Origin: the human T2T-CHM13v2.0 reference genome, Homo sapiens
Assembly (NCBI RefSeq): GCF_009914755.1
Contig: NC_060941.1
Length of the DNA: 64,000 nucleotides
Reading direction: 5' to 3' (one strand)
This document shows, in pieces, positions 40,389 through 53,854 of this stretch; position 1 is the stretch's first letter, and each line of letters starts with the position of its first letter. Both the position numbers and the translations under genes were made by a program. The notes beneath the pieces are model-generated. The model made no database searches. It had not been told where the DNA came from and saw only the letters and a list, made by a program, of their open reading frames with translations.

Positions 40389-40693
40389 GGCCGGGCACAG
40401 TGGCTCATGCCTGTAATCCCAGCACTTTGGGAGGCTGAGGCGGGGGGATTACCTGAGGTCAGGAGTTCGAGACCAGCCTGGCCAATATGGTGAAACCCTA
40501 TCTCTACTAAAAACACAAAAATTACCTGGCTGTGATGGAGCTTACCTGTAATCCCAGCTACTCAGGAGGCTGAGACAGGATAATCACTTGAACCCAGGAG
40601 GCACAGTTTGCAGTGAGCCGAGATCAGCCTGCAGCCAAGATCTCTTTTGTGATGGAGCAATACTCCATCACAAAAAGAAAGAAAGAAAGAAAA
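40389..40693 (+). mobile_element. AluS with a rearranged 3' end
   Basis: Dimer; TSD AAGTGCCTCTT at 40378 and 40694. Confidence 0.88.
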
Positions 40694-40717
40694 AAGTGCC
40701 TCTTAACCTTTGACTCT

Positions 40718-40720
<3 letters not shown>

Positions 40721-40764
<44 letters not shown>
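40721..40764. repeat. (TG)22 microsatellite
   Basis: Perfect dinucleotide run. Confidence 0.97.
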
Positions 40765-40765
<1 letters not shown>

Positions 40766-41049
40766 CAGGTGGGGACAGGCAGGAAAGAAGGGAGAGTTCA
40801 CAAGACCCTGGGGCTGGTCCTGGGTCTCAGTGGGGCCTTGAGGAAGAAGAAGGTGAGTTGGCTCCACTCACCTCCGATGCAGGGAGGTGGCAGGGAGTGA
40901 GGCGGACACTCACCACCCATGTCAGACTTCACAATGTACAGTCAGGCCCCCTGCTTCAGGCTTGGGTTCCTGGACAGACCATAGACTTAGCCTATATTGA
41001 CACCCTGGGGAGAGGGCAGAAGCCCTGAGACCTATGGGTAAATATCGGG

Positions 41050-41462
41050 TGATGTGGTTTGAATCGGTGTCCCCACCCAAATCTCAGGTGGAAATGTAAT
41101 CCCCAGTGCTGGAGGTGGGGCCTTGTGGGAGGTGACTGAATGATGGGGGTGGATTCTCATGAATGGATTAACACCAACCCCCTGGGTGCTGTTCTTGAGA
41201 CAGTGAGTGAGTTCTAGTGACATCTGGTTGTTTAAAAGTGTGTGGCACTTCCCTGTTCTCTCTCTGGGTCCTGCACCTGCCGTGTAAGACGCCTGCTCCC
41301 ACTTTGCCTTCCACCATGAGTAAAACTCCCTCAGGCCTCCCCAGAAGCAGATGCCGCCATGCTTCCTGTACAGCCTGCAGGACCATGAGCCAATTCAACC
41401 TCTTGTCTTTAGAAATTACCCAGGCTCAGGTATTTATTTATAGCAGTGCAAAAACAAATACA
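41050..41462 (+). mobile_element. MSTA/MSTB-like MaLR LTR
   Basis: Starts 'tgatgtggtttgaatcggtgtccccacccaaatctca..tgtaatcccca', ends 'tttatagcagtgcaaaa'. Confidence 0.85.
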
Positions 41463-41734
41463 TCAGAGCAGCAGCAAGGTGAAGGTAAGTGCCCTTTCGG
41501 GAGGCAGATGGGGTTGGTGGGGAGGAGGCTGGACGAGGGTGAATAGGAGAGAGGGGACCACCATGTTCAATTGGGACAGGAATGGAATAACTGTTCATTA
41601 CCTAATCACCACCTCCCTTCCAGGTGTGCAGACCCGCCCTCTGCATGAGGGCCTCACTTGTGGAACCAGGGCCTGGTCCACTTGGACAGATCTGCCAGCA
41701 CCAGCGGTCACCGCCAGTGCTGCTCTAGTCCCTG

Positions 41735-42210
41735 GTGTGAGTTTCCTGCAACTGCGGTAACACAGTCTTACACACAAAGTGTGTAAAAAACAGAAGTGTA
41801 TTCTGTCACAGTTCTAGAGGCCAAAGGTCCAAAATAAGTCGCAATGGGCGCAAATCAAGGTGTCAGCAGGGCTGTGCTTCCCTGGAGGCTCCAGGGAAGG
41901 GTCTGTGCCTCATGTACTCTGGCTTCTGGTGGTGGCCAGCATGCTTTGTCTTGGGGCTGCTCCATTCCAGCCTCTGCCTCTGCGGGCCCTGCTGCATTCT
42001 CCTCTCCTGTCTGGGGTCGATCATCTGCCTCTGCCTCCGTCTCGTGATTGCGGATCGGACCCACTCAGATAATCCGGGATAACCTCTCCATTTTTAGAAC
42101 TTAAACTTAATCACATCTATAAAATCCTTTTCTTGCCATATAAGGTTAACATTCACATGTTCTAGGGATTAGAACATGGGTATCTTTAGGGGGCTGTTAT
42201 TCTGCCTACC
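41735..42210 (-). mobile_element. MaLR LTR, MLT1C/D-like
   Basis: 'aaatcaaggtgtcagcagggctgtgcttccctggaggct', 'gccatataaggttaacattcaca..ctagggattag'. Confidence 0.75.
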
Positions 42211-42804
42211 TCATCCCCTTTGGCCTCTGTGAATTACATGAGCGCCTGTCAATCACAGATCCAGGGATGGAGGTGGAGATGTGTCTGGCACCCCCTCTCT
42301 CCTGCACCTGTGCTCACTGATAATGGGTGCAGCTTAGCTCCTCCTTCCCCTCCTATCTTCTCCCTCATTTTGGGAGCCAGAGGACTATTTGGGTTTGGAA
42401 ATGGTGCTCTGCATCACTGGAGGAAGCAAGTGTGAAACCTCAGTCCACCCCATCACTCAATCAGGAGAATTCCCATTGGACAGCTGGCTTGCATGTGGGT
42501 GAGTTGTAGTTTGCTAACATGTTGAGTCTCTGATCCCTGTCTCTTGGTTGGAGATGATGGGTGCATCATGTTAGGCAGTAGGATGTGGGGAATCAGGACC
42601 CAGGCCTATTGTCACATTCACTAGGGAGAGAACTGTGCTGGCCTCAGCTGGCTCCTGGATCTATCCAATCAAAGAGGAGAACTAGATCACTCTAAGCAAC
42701 CCCCTCATAGCTCCAGCCTCGCTGATCCTGGTTGGTTATGATTCAGAGGAGGGGAAGGCAGACTCGCCGATGATCAGTCAGTGCCTCTCTGGAGACAATC
42801 AAGG

Positions 42805-43134
42805 GCAGCTACAGAGATGGCCAGTCCCCCAATCCATGCAGCCACTGAGATGGCCAGACCCCGACTCCATGCAGCTTCTGAGATGGCCAGCCCTTCCCTC
42901 CATGCAGCTTCTGAGATGGCCAGCCCCTCCCTCCATGCAGCTTCTGAGATGGCCAGCCCCTCCCTCCATGCAGCCAGTGACATGCCCAGCCCCTCTCTCC
43001 ATGGAACTTCTGAGATGGCCAGCCCCTCCCTCTATGCAGCTACAGAGATGGCCAGCCCCTCCCTCCATGAAGCTTCTGAGATGGCCAGACCCTCCCTCCA
43101 TGCAGCTTCTGAGATGGTCAGACCTTCACTGTAT
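42805..43134. repeat. Minisatellite, 33 bp x ~10
   Basis: Unit gcagcttctgagatggccagcccctccctccat. Confidence 0.97.
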
Positions 43135-43239
43135 GCTCGGGACTAGGTATGGAAAGACAGATAGCAACAGAGAGACACAGTTTGAGGAGAGGAGGAGTAT
43201 GGGGAAGAAAGAATAGCTGCAACATAAGGAGTACCAGGA

Positions 43240-43430
43240 GTGCATGATTTAGAGTCAAAAGAACTGGGAGCAGACCCCAACTTCCCCTGACTCTATGTGA
43301 CCTTGGAGAACTCACTTAACTTCTCTGAGTCTCATTCAGCTCAACTGGCAACTGGGGAATACAATCCCTGCCTTATAGGGTGGCCGTAAAGATCAACAGG
43401 ATAAGGTACGTGGATGAATTTTATAAATGC
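43240..43430 (+). mobile_element. MIR
   Basis: 'tatgtgaccttggagaactcacttaacttctctgagtctca'. Confidence 0.7.
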
Positions 43431-46304
43431 TCTCTACTTGCAAAGAATTTCTGCTATTCCAAACTCCATATCCTACCTGCCAAGGGTTGCATAAACTTAC
43501 GTGACATTTAGAGGCTTCTTGAACTGGATGAGGGTTGGTGACTTTTGCTGCTCTACGCCCTGAGGAAATGGAGGAGGACTAGCTGGACAACGTAGGGAAA
43601 CCCAAAATTCATTCATCTGTAATGAAGGGATCGGGGGGAAGCAGAGGCTCCTAACCTGACTTAGCTGCTGTTTGTTATTCTTGGGAGGAAAATCCCCAAC
43701 CTGGTTCTGCTTGAAGCCGGGCTGTCTGGAGTGATGTCTTGACAGGATGATGGATGGTGGCTAGGCACAGTTTGTGACACTGAAGCACATACTCTGCATT
43801 CTTTATCTGGAGCTGCTGCCGGCGGAAGGCTGCAAATAAGCAATCCAGTTATAGGAATCCCTGATAAAATTCCATTATGGGCCCCAGAACCAATCATGCT
43901 GGATTCAATAGCGGGGAGGCTGGGAGGCGAGGCGCATGTTGGGAGCAAAGCACTGCCACTGGGGAAATTTTCCCTGAGCCCGCAGGCTCTCGCACTGGGA
44001 ATTCCACAAAAGTCGGAGACTCAAACTGTCTCTGACATCCAACTGTCTTTGCTGTTTGAAATGCGACAAAACTTACACAGGGTGGTAGCTGAGGGCTGTG
44101 TTGCAGCCAGCAGGCAGAGACCTCAGGTTGGAGCTGATTTGGTTTTATTGAGATGCTGGTTTCCCCCTCTGACGTGTCCATAGGAAGCTGGTTCTGTTGT
44201 GTGGCTCACTTTTTTTGGCCTCTAGCTGATCCAGCTGAAGCCCAGTGGTAAATATAGCATCCCTCACCCCTTGGAGATTTAGGAAACCTTGCTTCAAACC
44301 TCAGTGTCATGCCTGAGGCCACTGGGGACCTTACTTGGGCAGACACAGATACAAGACACAGCCTTTCACCCTTTCCCCAGAACCATCCACTGGCCTGGAG
44401 AATTTTGTGAGTTTAGTGAGACTCGAGGGGTGCAGGGTGGGGGCAACCTCCCAGCCTTCCACAATCCCTGGGCAACCTCCCAGCCTTCTGCACTCCCTGG
44501 CTTCCCCACCCTCCTGACCCTGGCTCTGTCCTTCCTCCCCTTCCAGTGCAACCAACACACTCCTCCCTTGTCTTTTACAGAGCAGTTAATCCCCCATCGG
44601 GTTCTGAAGTCCTAGCTTTTTTCACCAGGGGCCTTACCATATCAAGGAGTTTTCAAAAGCAAGGCAGTTCTCTCACTCTAAGAGGAACCTTCTACCAGCT
44701 GCTGGGAGGGCGGGACAACATCTGTCCGCTGCACGCACTGACAACTAACGCTCAGAGGTGCTCACTGTGGGCCAGGCAGGCTGGGAGATGTTTGCCTGGG
44801 TTGGCTCATCAGTGAGGTGGGTGCTATGTTTATCACGTTTTACAGATGAGAAAACTAAGTCATAGGTAAGTTAAGTCCCTCGGCCAAGGTCATACAGTAA
44901 ACCCAGGAAGCCCGGCACTGGTCTTATTGTCATCACCGTTATCCTGGACATAGATGGGCTAGAGAGAGAGAGCTCACTCGTTGACCTTGCATCCCCACCC
45001 GGTTATTAATGCTGAAAAGCCATTCCGGAGGAGACGTGTGACCCCGTTCTACTACAGCTCCACCCCAGCTCTTGTTAAGAACTTCCTTCCTGGTTACCCA
45101 ACAGTGTGTTGCTCCCAAGAGCAATGGCTGGGCCAGGTCAGTGCTGGGTGACCTGAGTTTGCATCTTCAACTGCTTCTTCCTGTCTGCTGTGACCTGGCT
45201 GATCCCTCAAGGAGACTGTCTTCCTTAATAGAGGGAACTTGAGACATTAAGGACTCACTTCTGTGTCCCCCTCGTTTGGACTTGGATCATGCTGCAAGCA
45301 TAGTTTTGACCTTCACTTCCTGGCCCAGGGAGCCTGCAACTGCATGGGGTTAGGGCAAGACCTACACAGATGCATTTCGAGAGCACACCTCAGGGCTCCC
45401 ATGTTTGGGGCTTTGACCAAATTAGCCTTTCCTCTTAGATTTGGGAGACCACCTGTTCTTCCCAGCATTCAGTCATCCCGGGTTTCCTGACTTTGGGCTC
45501 ACTTCTGACTTGTGGTTTGTGCCGTCCTCTAAACCTTCCCTGAGGTCCTGGACTGCCGATCTGCCTGATATTGACATCTGGTAACCTCGGGGGCTCACCC
45601 TCCCGCTTGGGGACCTAACACACAGGCACAGCCTGGCAGTGCAGGGCAGGAAACGCAGCAGAAAGGGAGCTGGCCAGTCGGACAAACCTAGGTTCAAACT
45701 CCACGTCCTCCACCTGCCGGTCATGGTGTTAGAAAGTCACCAGACCCTTCTGGGCCTCTGTTTGCTCTTCTGAAAATGGAGCCACTGATGATGCCATCCT
45801 CATTCATGGCGGCGATGAGGGTTTGAAACACCAGAAGGCATGTGTAGCACTCCACAGCCGGGATGTGGCAGAGATGGACTCGGTTTCCCTTCTTCTGAGC
45901 GTTACCAAGTATCCCTGGCCTTTTCTCCCTTCCTCTTCCCTTCACCTTCAGCGGCTTGGCCTCAAGTCTCCCCGACAATCATTGTCACTTAAGCTGATGA
46001 AGGTCTTGCCCTCTCCCTGCTCCCCACTGAGCCCTGAGGACGGGAGAAGGTGGAAGGGGGTTGTTGACCACAACAGCCGGGTCCCCTCCTTCTCAGACCT
46101 CTGTCCCACTTGCTGCCTGAGACTTAGGGTGGCAGAACACAGCAGGCCTTGCCCAAGCAGGAGGAGAAGGAGAAACAGAAGCCACATGAGTTGTAAATTG
46201 AGGTCTGCCTGGATGAGGGGCTGCCCACTTTCTGCCCTGGTGACCATTAGCACCATCACTTGGGGGCTTAAAAAGGGGGTCTGTTTGTGCAGTTGTCCCC
46301 TGCC

Positions 46305-46515
46305 TCCTTTTTCTTTTTCTCTTCTTTTCTTTCTTTTTTTTTTTCTTTTTTCTTTTTAGAAGAAGTAACAGGGATTATAGGTGCCCGCCACCCTGCCTGG
46401 CTAATTTTTTTTGTTGTTGTTGTTGCATTTTTAGTAGAGACAGGTTTTCACCATGTTGGACAGGCTGGTCTCGAACTCCTGACCTCAAGTGATCCTCCCA
46501 CCTCAGCCTCCCAAA
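46305..46515 (-). mobile_element. Internally deleted and 5'-truncated Alu with T-rich tail
   Basis: T-rich tail, then a jump to 'gggattataggtgcccgccac'; the left arm stops at 'cctcccaaa'. Confidence 0.8.
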
Positions 46516-46569
46516 CCTCTGCCTCTTACCTTCCCCGCCCTGCCCTTGTTATGCATCTCCTCTGCTGGG

Positions 46570-47428
<859 letters not shown>

Positions 47429-48224
47429 TTAGAATAAAAACCTGAAAGAGGGTTACGGAGGAATTTGGAATGTTGTGGGATGTACTTGGGTTGTGGCAGC
47501 AGAGCCCAGACCTGGCCCAGGCGGGGTCTGTTCTGCCATCCACAGGCACCTCTTCTCCTCTCTCTTAGACCCTCTGGAATGAAAAGGAAGAAAGAGCCTC
47601 TCACTCATGTTTCCCGCTGTGCCCACCTGCAGGTGAGCGGCCCTCCCTGCTGGTGTCTTTCCCATATCCCAGGCCCCTCCGGTTACAGCCCCCATGGGCC
47701 GCTCCTGCTCCTGCTCCGCGGCCCCACCTCCGCCTCCTCCCGCCCTTGGCTGCCCCTCCCAGGCTCGGCCTCCCCGCGCCGGTTCACGCTCACATTTGGG
47801 CTCCCCGGCTTGCTGCTGGTGCCGTTTCATTTCCCATCTGCTCACCTCCGGCTCATGAGTAATGAGAGTTTACAAGTTGAGTTTCCATATGTGGAGCATT
47901 TATATGTTCTTCTTCAACAAGGAGGGGCGAGTTCCTCCGGCTTCATGGTCTCTGGGACCCAGAGGTTTCCTAGCCTGTTGTCAAAGGTACCCCCTTCCCC
48001 ACCTCCTCCCTCACACAGCCCTGTCCCTTCGGATCGGCAGACCCAGTTGTGAGCATTAGATATTACTTGTTGGGAGGCCTGGATACGATTTTACATTCTC
48101 TGTTTTTCATTTTTAAAAAACACATGTTCAGCAACATTCACACTGTTTTGTTCTCAGATGGACTAGGAAAAAATCAAATGCTTCCTTGCGTTCTCTCTCA
48201 AATATAAAATTTAGCGTAAATTGT

Positions 48225-48423
48225 TTCTGCTTCCTCTCCCTTCTCCCACGCTCTCCTTCCTCCCCCTCCTCCTCCCCCTCTTCTTTCTCTTCCTCTTTCT
48301 TTCCCTCCTCCCCTTCCTCCCGCTCCTCTTTCTCCTCCTTCTCTTCTTTGCTTTCTCCTTCCCCTCCCCCTCTTCCTTCCCTCCCCCCTTTCTCTCTTCG
48401 TCCTCTTCCTCCTCCCGCACTCC
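48225..48423. repeat. Polypyrimidine tract
   Basis: About 200 bp of C/T on the + strand. Confidence 0.9.
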
Positions 48424-49726
48424 TTGATTCAAATACTTTTCTGAAGGTCAAAGGCCCTATATGAAAAAAGATTCCCTGGCTCAGCAGGACACACATGATA
48501 CATTTCCATTGGGGAAGGCCTTGCCCCTCCCACTGCAGCGACAGCTGTCACTCTGAACTTTCATACCTTGGAACAGATGGGGCTCAGGGAGCAGGTGTCT
48601 GGGGGCCAGTGGAGATTGAGGCTGACAGTCACCCACCTGTGGCTCCTGGGGTGCTCTCACCTGCCCCCCAGCCCCTGTGGAAGGCAGTGTCTGGGAGTTG
48701 GAACCTCTCCTTCTCTGCATTTCTCATGGCCCCTACTCAAGTTCTAGCCTCTGGGGCCCACAGTCCTCAAGGGCCCTTGTCTAATGCTTTGGCCATCGTT
48801 CCCTCTTCCTGCCTTTCACTCTGAGATAGGCCTCACTGCCTGGTGCTCCCCTCCACCTGGGTTTGGTTCTGATGGCTCTCCACTGAGGCAAAACCACCTC
48901 CTTCCCCCAAATTATCCCCCGAGGACAAGCAAATCAGCTGTCCTTCCGGTTCTCCATGGCCTCATTCAGCCTCTCCATTTTCTCTTGATGGAAAGTGGAG
49001 AGGAGTCAGCCAAGGAGGACAGCAGAGGATGGCCAGCCCTGCTCCGGGCCCAGCCAGTGCTGGGGGATGGAGGCCTGGGCTTCGGACATGGCTCAGTAAG
49101 GACAGATGGGGAACTGCAGCAGGATTAGCCCAGATCTGCCCAGATCTTCCCAGACGACTTGCACACTCCCCTATCCCAGGGAAGGAAAGCACACACCATC
49201 TCATTCTCCTTGTTCTCACGTCCTGCTGTCCTGCTGTCACCAGCTCTGCACAGCACAGGTGCTTGAGCAGGGGATTTAATCAGCCTCTTGGCTAATAGTC
49301 CCCAAGTAGTAATTGAAGTGGGCTGATTGGACCCGTCTATTAGGCCCAGGGAGCTGTGGGGAGATGGCTTTTGGAGCGTTTCCTCCGCCTGCTAATCTAT
49401 CTGTCTGGCATTTTATCTGGAGCCCAGAGCTCATGCTTGAGCACTGAGGCATTTTACAGTATTATTATTACTTAGCACTTATAACATACTTCATCAATGA
49501 GAGGGTCGGCGGCCGCACCATCACTCTAAAGCACGGCGCTCCAGATAGAGAGATACGGATCTCACTCCGGGTGTGTAATATTTGATGTCTGTGTCTTTGG
49601 GTTGCTTGTGATCTTGTTATTAGTTATGTTTCCTCAAGGAGAAAACCTACCTTCATTCTCCTGATGCATGGGGGTCAGGTGGACGGGAGGCACAGGGATG
49701 GGTGCAGGAAGGATGCACAGGGGAGG

Positions 49727-50060
49727 GCTTAGCTTGGGTTCCCCCAGAAGCAGACCCAAGACAAGGGGTTGCATGCATTTATTTCTTTGGGAGGTGATCT
49801 TGGGAATTACTAGTAGGGGAGTGGGGAAGGAGATGGGGACAGGAAGAAGTGAATACAGGATGCTGTGCTATTGAGCAGGTTACTGCCATGGGCAGTGGGG
49901 CCAAATTCCACTGGGGAACTTAGGCACCTGGAGGTTTCATCCTCTGAGTCCATCTGACATTGGCCGAGGCTGCTTCCAAGGACATTCACTCCCCAGCCCC
50001 TTGAGCTCAGCCCCTACCTGGGCTGAGAGAAGCCCTCAGGTGAGTCCTAGATGTCTGTGC
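49727..50060 (-). mobile_element. ERVL LTR16/LTR33-family LTR
   Basis: 'cttagcttgggttcccccagaagcagacccaagacaagg...tttgggaggtgatc..gtaggggagtgggga' is the reverse complement of an LTR16-type 3' end. Confidence 0.7.
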
Positions 50061-50324
50061 CATGTGCTGACTGCTGGGTGCCCAGGAGGTGTGGGTGGGG
50101 CCCTGGCAGTGACAGCCGTGGCTTTGAAGCTGGACACAGGTGTTCTGATAAGGGAACGAGCCCAGGAGAAAAGTCCTTCTCCCTCATCTCAAACCCTGCC
50201 CGCTCTGTGTGTCCCTTGCATCTTAGGGCCCAAGGCTGTGCCACAAAGTCCAGGACAGTTTGCAGAGGTCTGGGGACTGTCTCCAGCTCCTCCACCTTCC
50301 CTAACTGAAGTGGAACGTTCAAAG

Positions 50325-50500
50325 AGAGGCACAGTGTGTGGCTTGGGTTCAAATGCCGCCTCTGGCCCCTTCTGGCTTTGTGACCTTGGGCAAGTGACTT
50401 CATCTCTCTGGCCCTTAGTTTTCTCATCTGTGAAATGGGAGTAGCAATGATACCTAGCAGGAAGGTCTTCGAAGGTTAAATGAGAGAGTGTCTATAAAGT
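50325..50500 (+). mobile_element. MIR
   Basis: 'tgtgaccttgggcaagtgactt..cttagttttctcatctgtgaaatggg'. Confidence 0.8.
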
Positions 50501-50595
50501 GCCTTGTCCCGTGTCCAGCCATAGAACAGGAGTCCAGGACACATTCCTTCCTCTTCCCTTTCATGCAGGGCTCCAGCCCCCAACCAGGACCCTGA

Positions 50596-50927
<332 letters not shown>

Positions 50928-53854
50928 CTCCAAGTCTTTGAGTTACAGAGATTTCCTCAGAGGCTCACATTCCCAGGGAGTTGGACTCTTGTTTCCAGGA
51001 CACTGCATCTTTCCCATGCCCAGGGCAGGGGGCACCCTGCTGACCACTCCAGCAGCCCTGCCTGATGCCTGGGCTTGCAGATATCCCCATGCTCATCAGG
51101 CCAAGGCAGATCTGCATGGCATCCCCTGAGGGGCCAATTTATACAGCAGCTTAAGTATCTTTTAAAACTTCTTCCCCTCCCCGGAGATGGGGGAGGCGGC
51201 TGCTGCTGCTGCTCAGGCCCCAGGCTCTTCTTCAAAGGGTCTCCCCGTAGGCAGATGGAAAACTTGCTAGGAAAAGCTTTTCCTATTTTTTTCATATATA
51301 TTTTTTCTTGGTTGCAATTCTTGTTCCTGCCTGATTCTCTACCTTCCACAGAGCCAGCAGGTAACTGATGGGGATCAGAGCTCTCAAGGCCCCTGGGGGC
51401 ACCTCCTGCAGGAAGACTTCCCCAATTATCCCACAAGCATTGCTTGTTTCTGCTCCCCGTGGTTTTCTGGCTTCCTTGTGGCCATGTGCTTCACGTGTGG
51501 AGCTCCTCTTTGTGGACCGATGAGTGTGTGCATAGTGGGAACTTGGTGTCTGTCTATCCAGGGGGATGACAGTGTCTTGAAGGATAGGACTTGGGTCTCA
51601 TCCTTTCTCTGGGCTGGGGAAGCTGCTGCCGACTGGCTGGGGGTGAGCCCGTCTCTGAGCCCACCTGAGGGTGTCTGCCTGCCCAGGTAGGCTCTGGTAA
51701 GAGCCAGTGACTCTGCTACATAGGGGATCCGTCAGAGCTGAAAGGTCTAGAAGCCCTTCATCATATTAAAGACCAATTCTGTGCAGATTAAGAGGACACA
51801 GCATCTGTTCTCTTGGGTTTGGGGAAGCCATCCATCCTCCTGGAGCAGCTCTGGGCAGGCGGAGGAGCTCTGGGCAGGAAAGGGAAAAACTCAGGTGGCG
51901 AGATGGTGAAGAGCAGCCTTCTCCCGTGCCCCTGAAGAGAGGTCCCAGGTGCCCCGAGTGTCCAGGCTCTCATGTGGCTCTGGTTCCCCCCAAGGTGCCC
52001 AGCACTCTGCCTCCTGCATGGGGTCATGCTTTCAGCCAGAGCCCCCAGAATGCTCAGGGGCCCTTGCTGTTTCTTAAGATCAACTCATCTGACTCCTTCC
52101 GAGGCTGAGAGCTCAGCTCTGTTGGGGCGTTGCCTGCCGTCCTGCCTTCCTCCTTTTTCTGCCTGGCTGCGTGGCGGTCCGGGACTATCTGGGGATTGGC
52201 TGCATGGTGGGAAAGGGCCACTTCTTCCTGGTAGGGCTGGCCAGGAACAAAGGCAAGGGGACTGGGGAGGGGACCGGGCTGTGCTCTATTTATACTGTAT
52301 CTTGGGGTAGGGCACATTGGCAGCCCAGAGCTCTGGATGCCTCCCAGAAGCCTGAGTGGCGGTGGCGGGGGCATCTGTTCACTGAAGGAAGGGCAGAGAG
52401 AAAAGAATGGGCACTTATTGATTTTCTTCGATATGCCAGGCACCAGGCCAGGCCCCTTTGATGCATGATCTCATCATGTAAATATAGGATGGTGGTCAGG
52501 AGATCAGCTTCCAAAATTGACAGAACTGGGTTAGAATTCCAGCTCCCCCAGTTTCTGGCTGGGTAGCACTGGGCAAGTGGGTTCACCCGCCTAAGCCTGA
52601 CTTTGTTCCTCTGTAAAGTGTTTATAATCAAAGCGCCTTCCTCCAAGAGGTCCTTTCTCTAAAGCACACAGCAGCATGCTGACCCAACAGGACGTACCCC
52701 GTGAACATTAACGCCTTCTGTTATGAACGACCACGTGATGCAGAAAAAATCATGCCCTGATTTTTGGTAGACGCAGCGGCCAAAGCCTAAGATGTGAAGA
52801 AACTCACCTGAGGCCACTAAATTGGAAAGTGGCCGCGCGGAGATGCAGGTGAGGCCCATGCCTTCCAGGCTCCAAAGCCCAGGCCCTTCTCAGACGTCCT
52901 CCAGCCTCCACAGGGAAAGAGATAAATGATCCCAGGGCTAGCGAGGGGCCCGGCTGCTCAGCCACACTAGAAGGGCAGGGAGACCCGGCTGCCAAGCTCC
53001 CGGCAGTTGCATAGCTGGGCAGGGACTTTTCCTTGGAGCTGGAGGAGAAGCTGCTCCAAGATGGGCCCCAGACGTGGAAGATGGCTCTGCCGGGACAGCT
53101 GTAAACTCTTTAACCTTGTGTGGGGCTTCGTCCTTCAGCAGCCCGGTGAGGGATCAGTGGCAGGGGTGATGGCGGGGGAGGTGGAGGTGGCGGCGGAGGC
53201 GGCCCTGCGCTCACTCACTCACGGCAGAACAGACTCTGGATAAACAATTATAGTCTATTTACCTCAGACCATATGGTGTTGGGGAACAGGTGTGCGGGTA
53301 ATGAAGAGCCCAGCTCCAATTAAGCGTCGGGGAACCCGGCTGGATTCCCACTGAATCTTGCGCTTGGGTTGAGGCCCACTTACAAATGAGAGCTAAAAGG
53401 ACTGAGGCTCGGGGAGGCAGGAGCGGGAGCCTGAGGGGTGCGTGGCAGGGCCAGCCAGCGGCCCCCACCCGCTGCTCTGTACCTGCTGGCAAGCAGGTGC
53501 AGCCCAGGGACCTCATCTGGGCCTTCTCCATGGCAACTTGGTGCATCTGGGAGTTATGAAGGTGAATGGGTCATGGCCATGCACCTCTTGGTGAGGCCGT
53601 CCTGGGACCTGTCGGAGGGGAAGTCAGGGGGTGATTCCTGTTAAGATCGGTGGGATGGGGCAGGCACCTGTCACCCTCTGTCAGGGTCCTTCCCACCCTG
53701 ACTCCCCCTTGGCCTTCATTCCCAACGATTCAACACGTAGTTTTGAGTACTTATGGTGTACTGAGCTAGGCACTGGGGATATGCTGATTAAAAAGAAGTA
53801 GACAAAGGCCTTGCTCTCATTGAGTTTATGTTTTAGGGGGATGGGAAGACAAAC

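Noticed and set aside
44441-44498. 29-bp tandem duplication
   Set aside because: Ordinary two-copy slippage duplication with no informative motif.
53203-53225. 'ctgcgctcactcactcac' resembling an AAV Rep-binding element
   Set aside because: Only one true GCTC tetramer and no ITR hairpin; chance similarity is likely.
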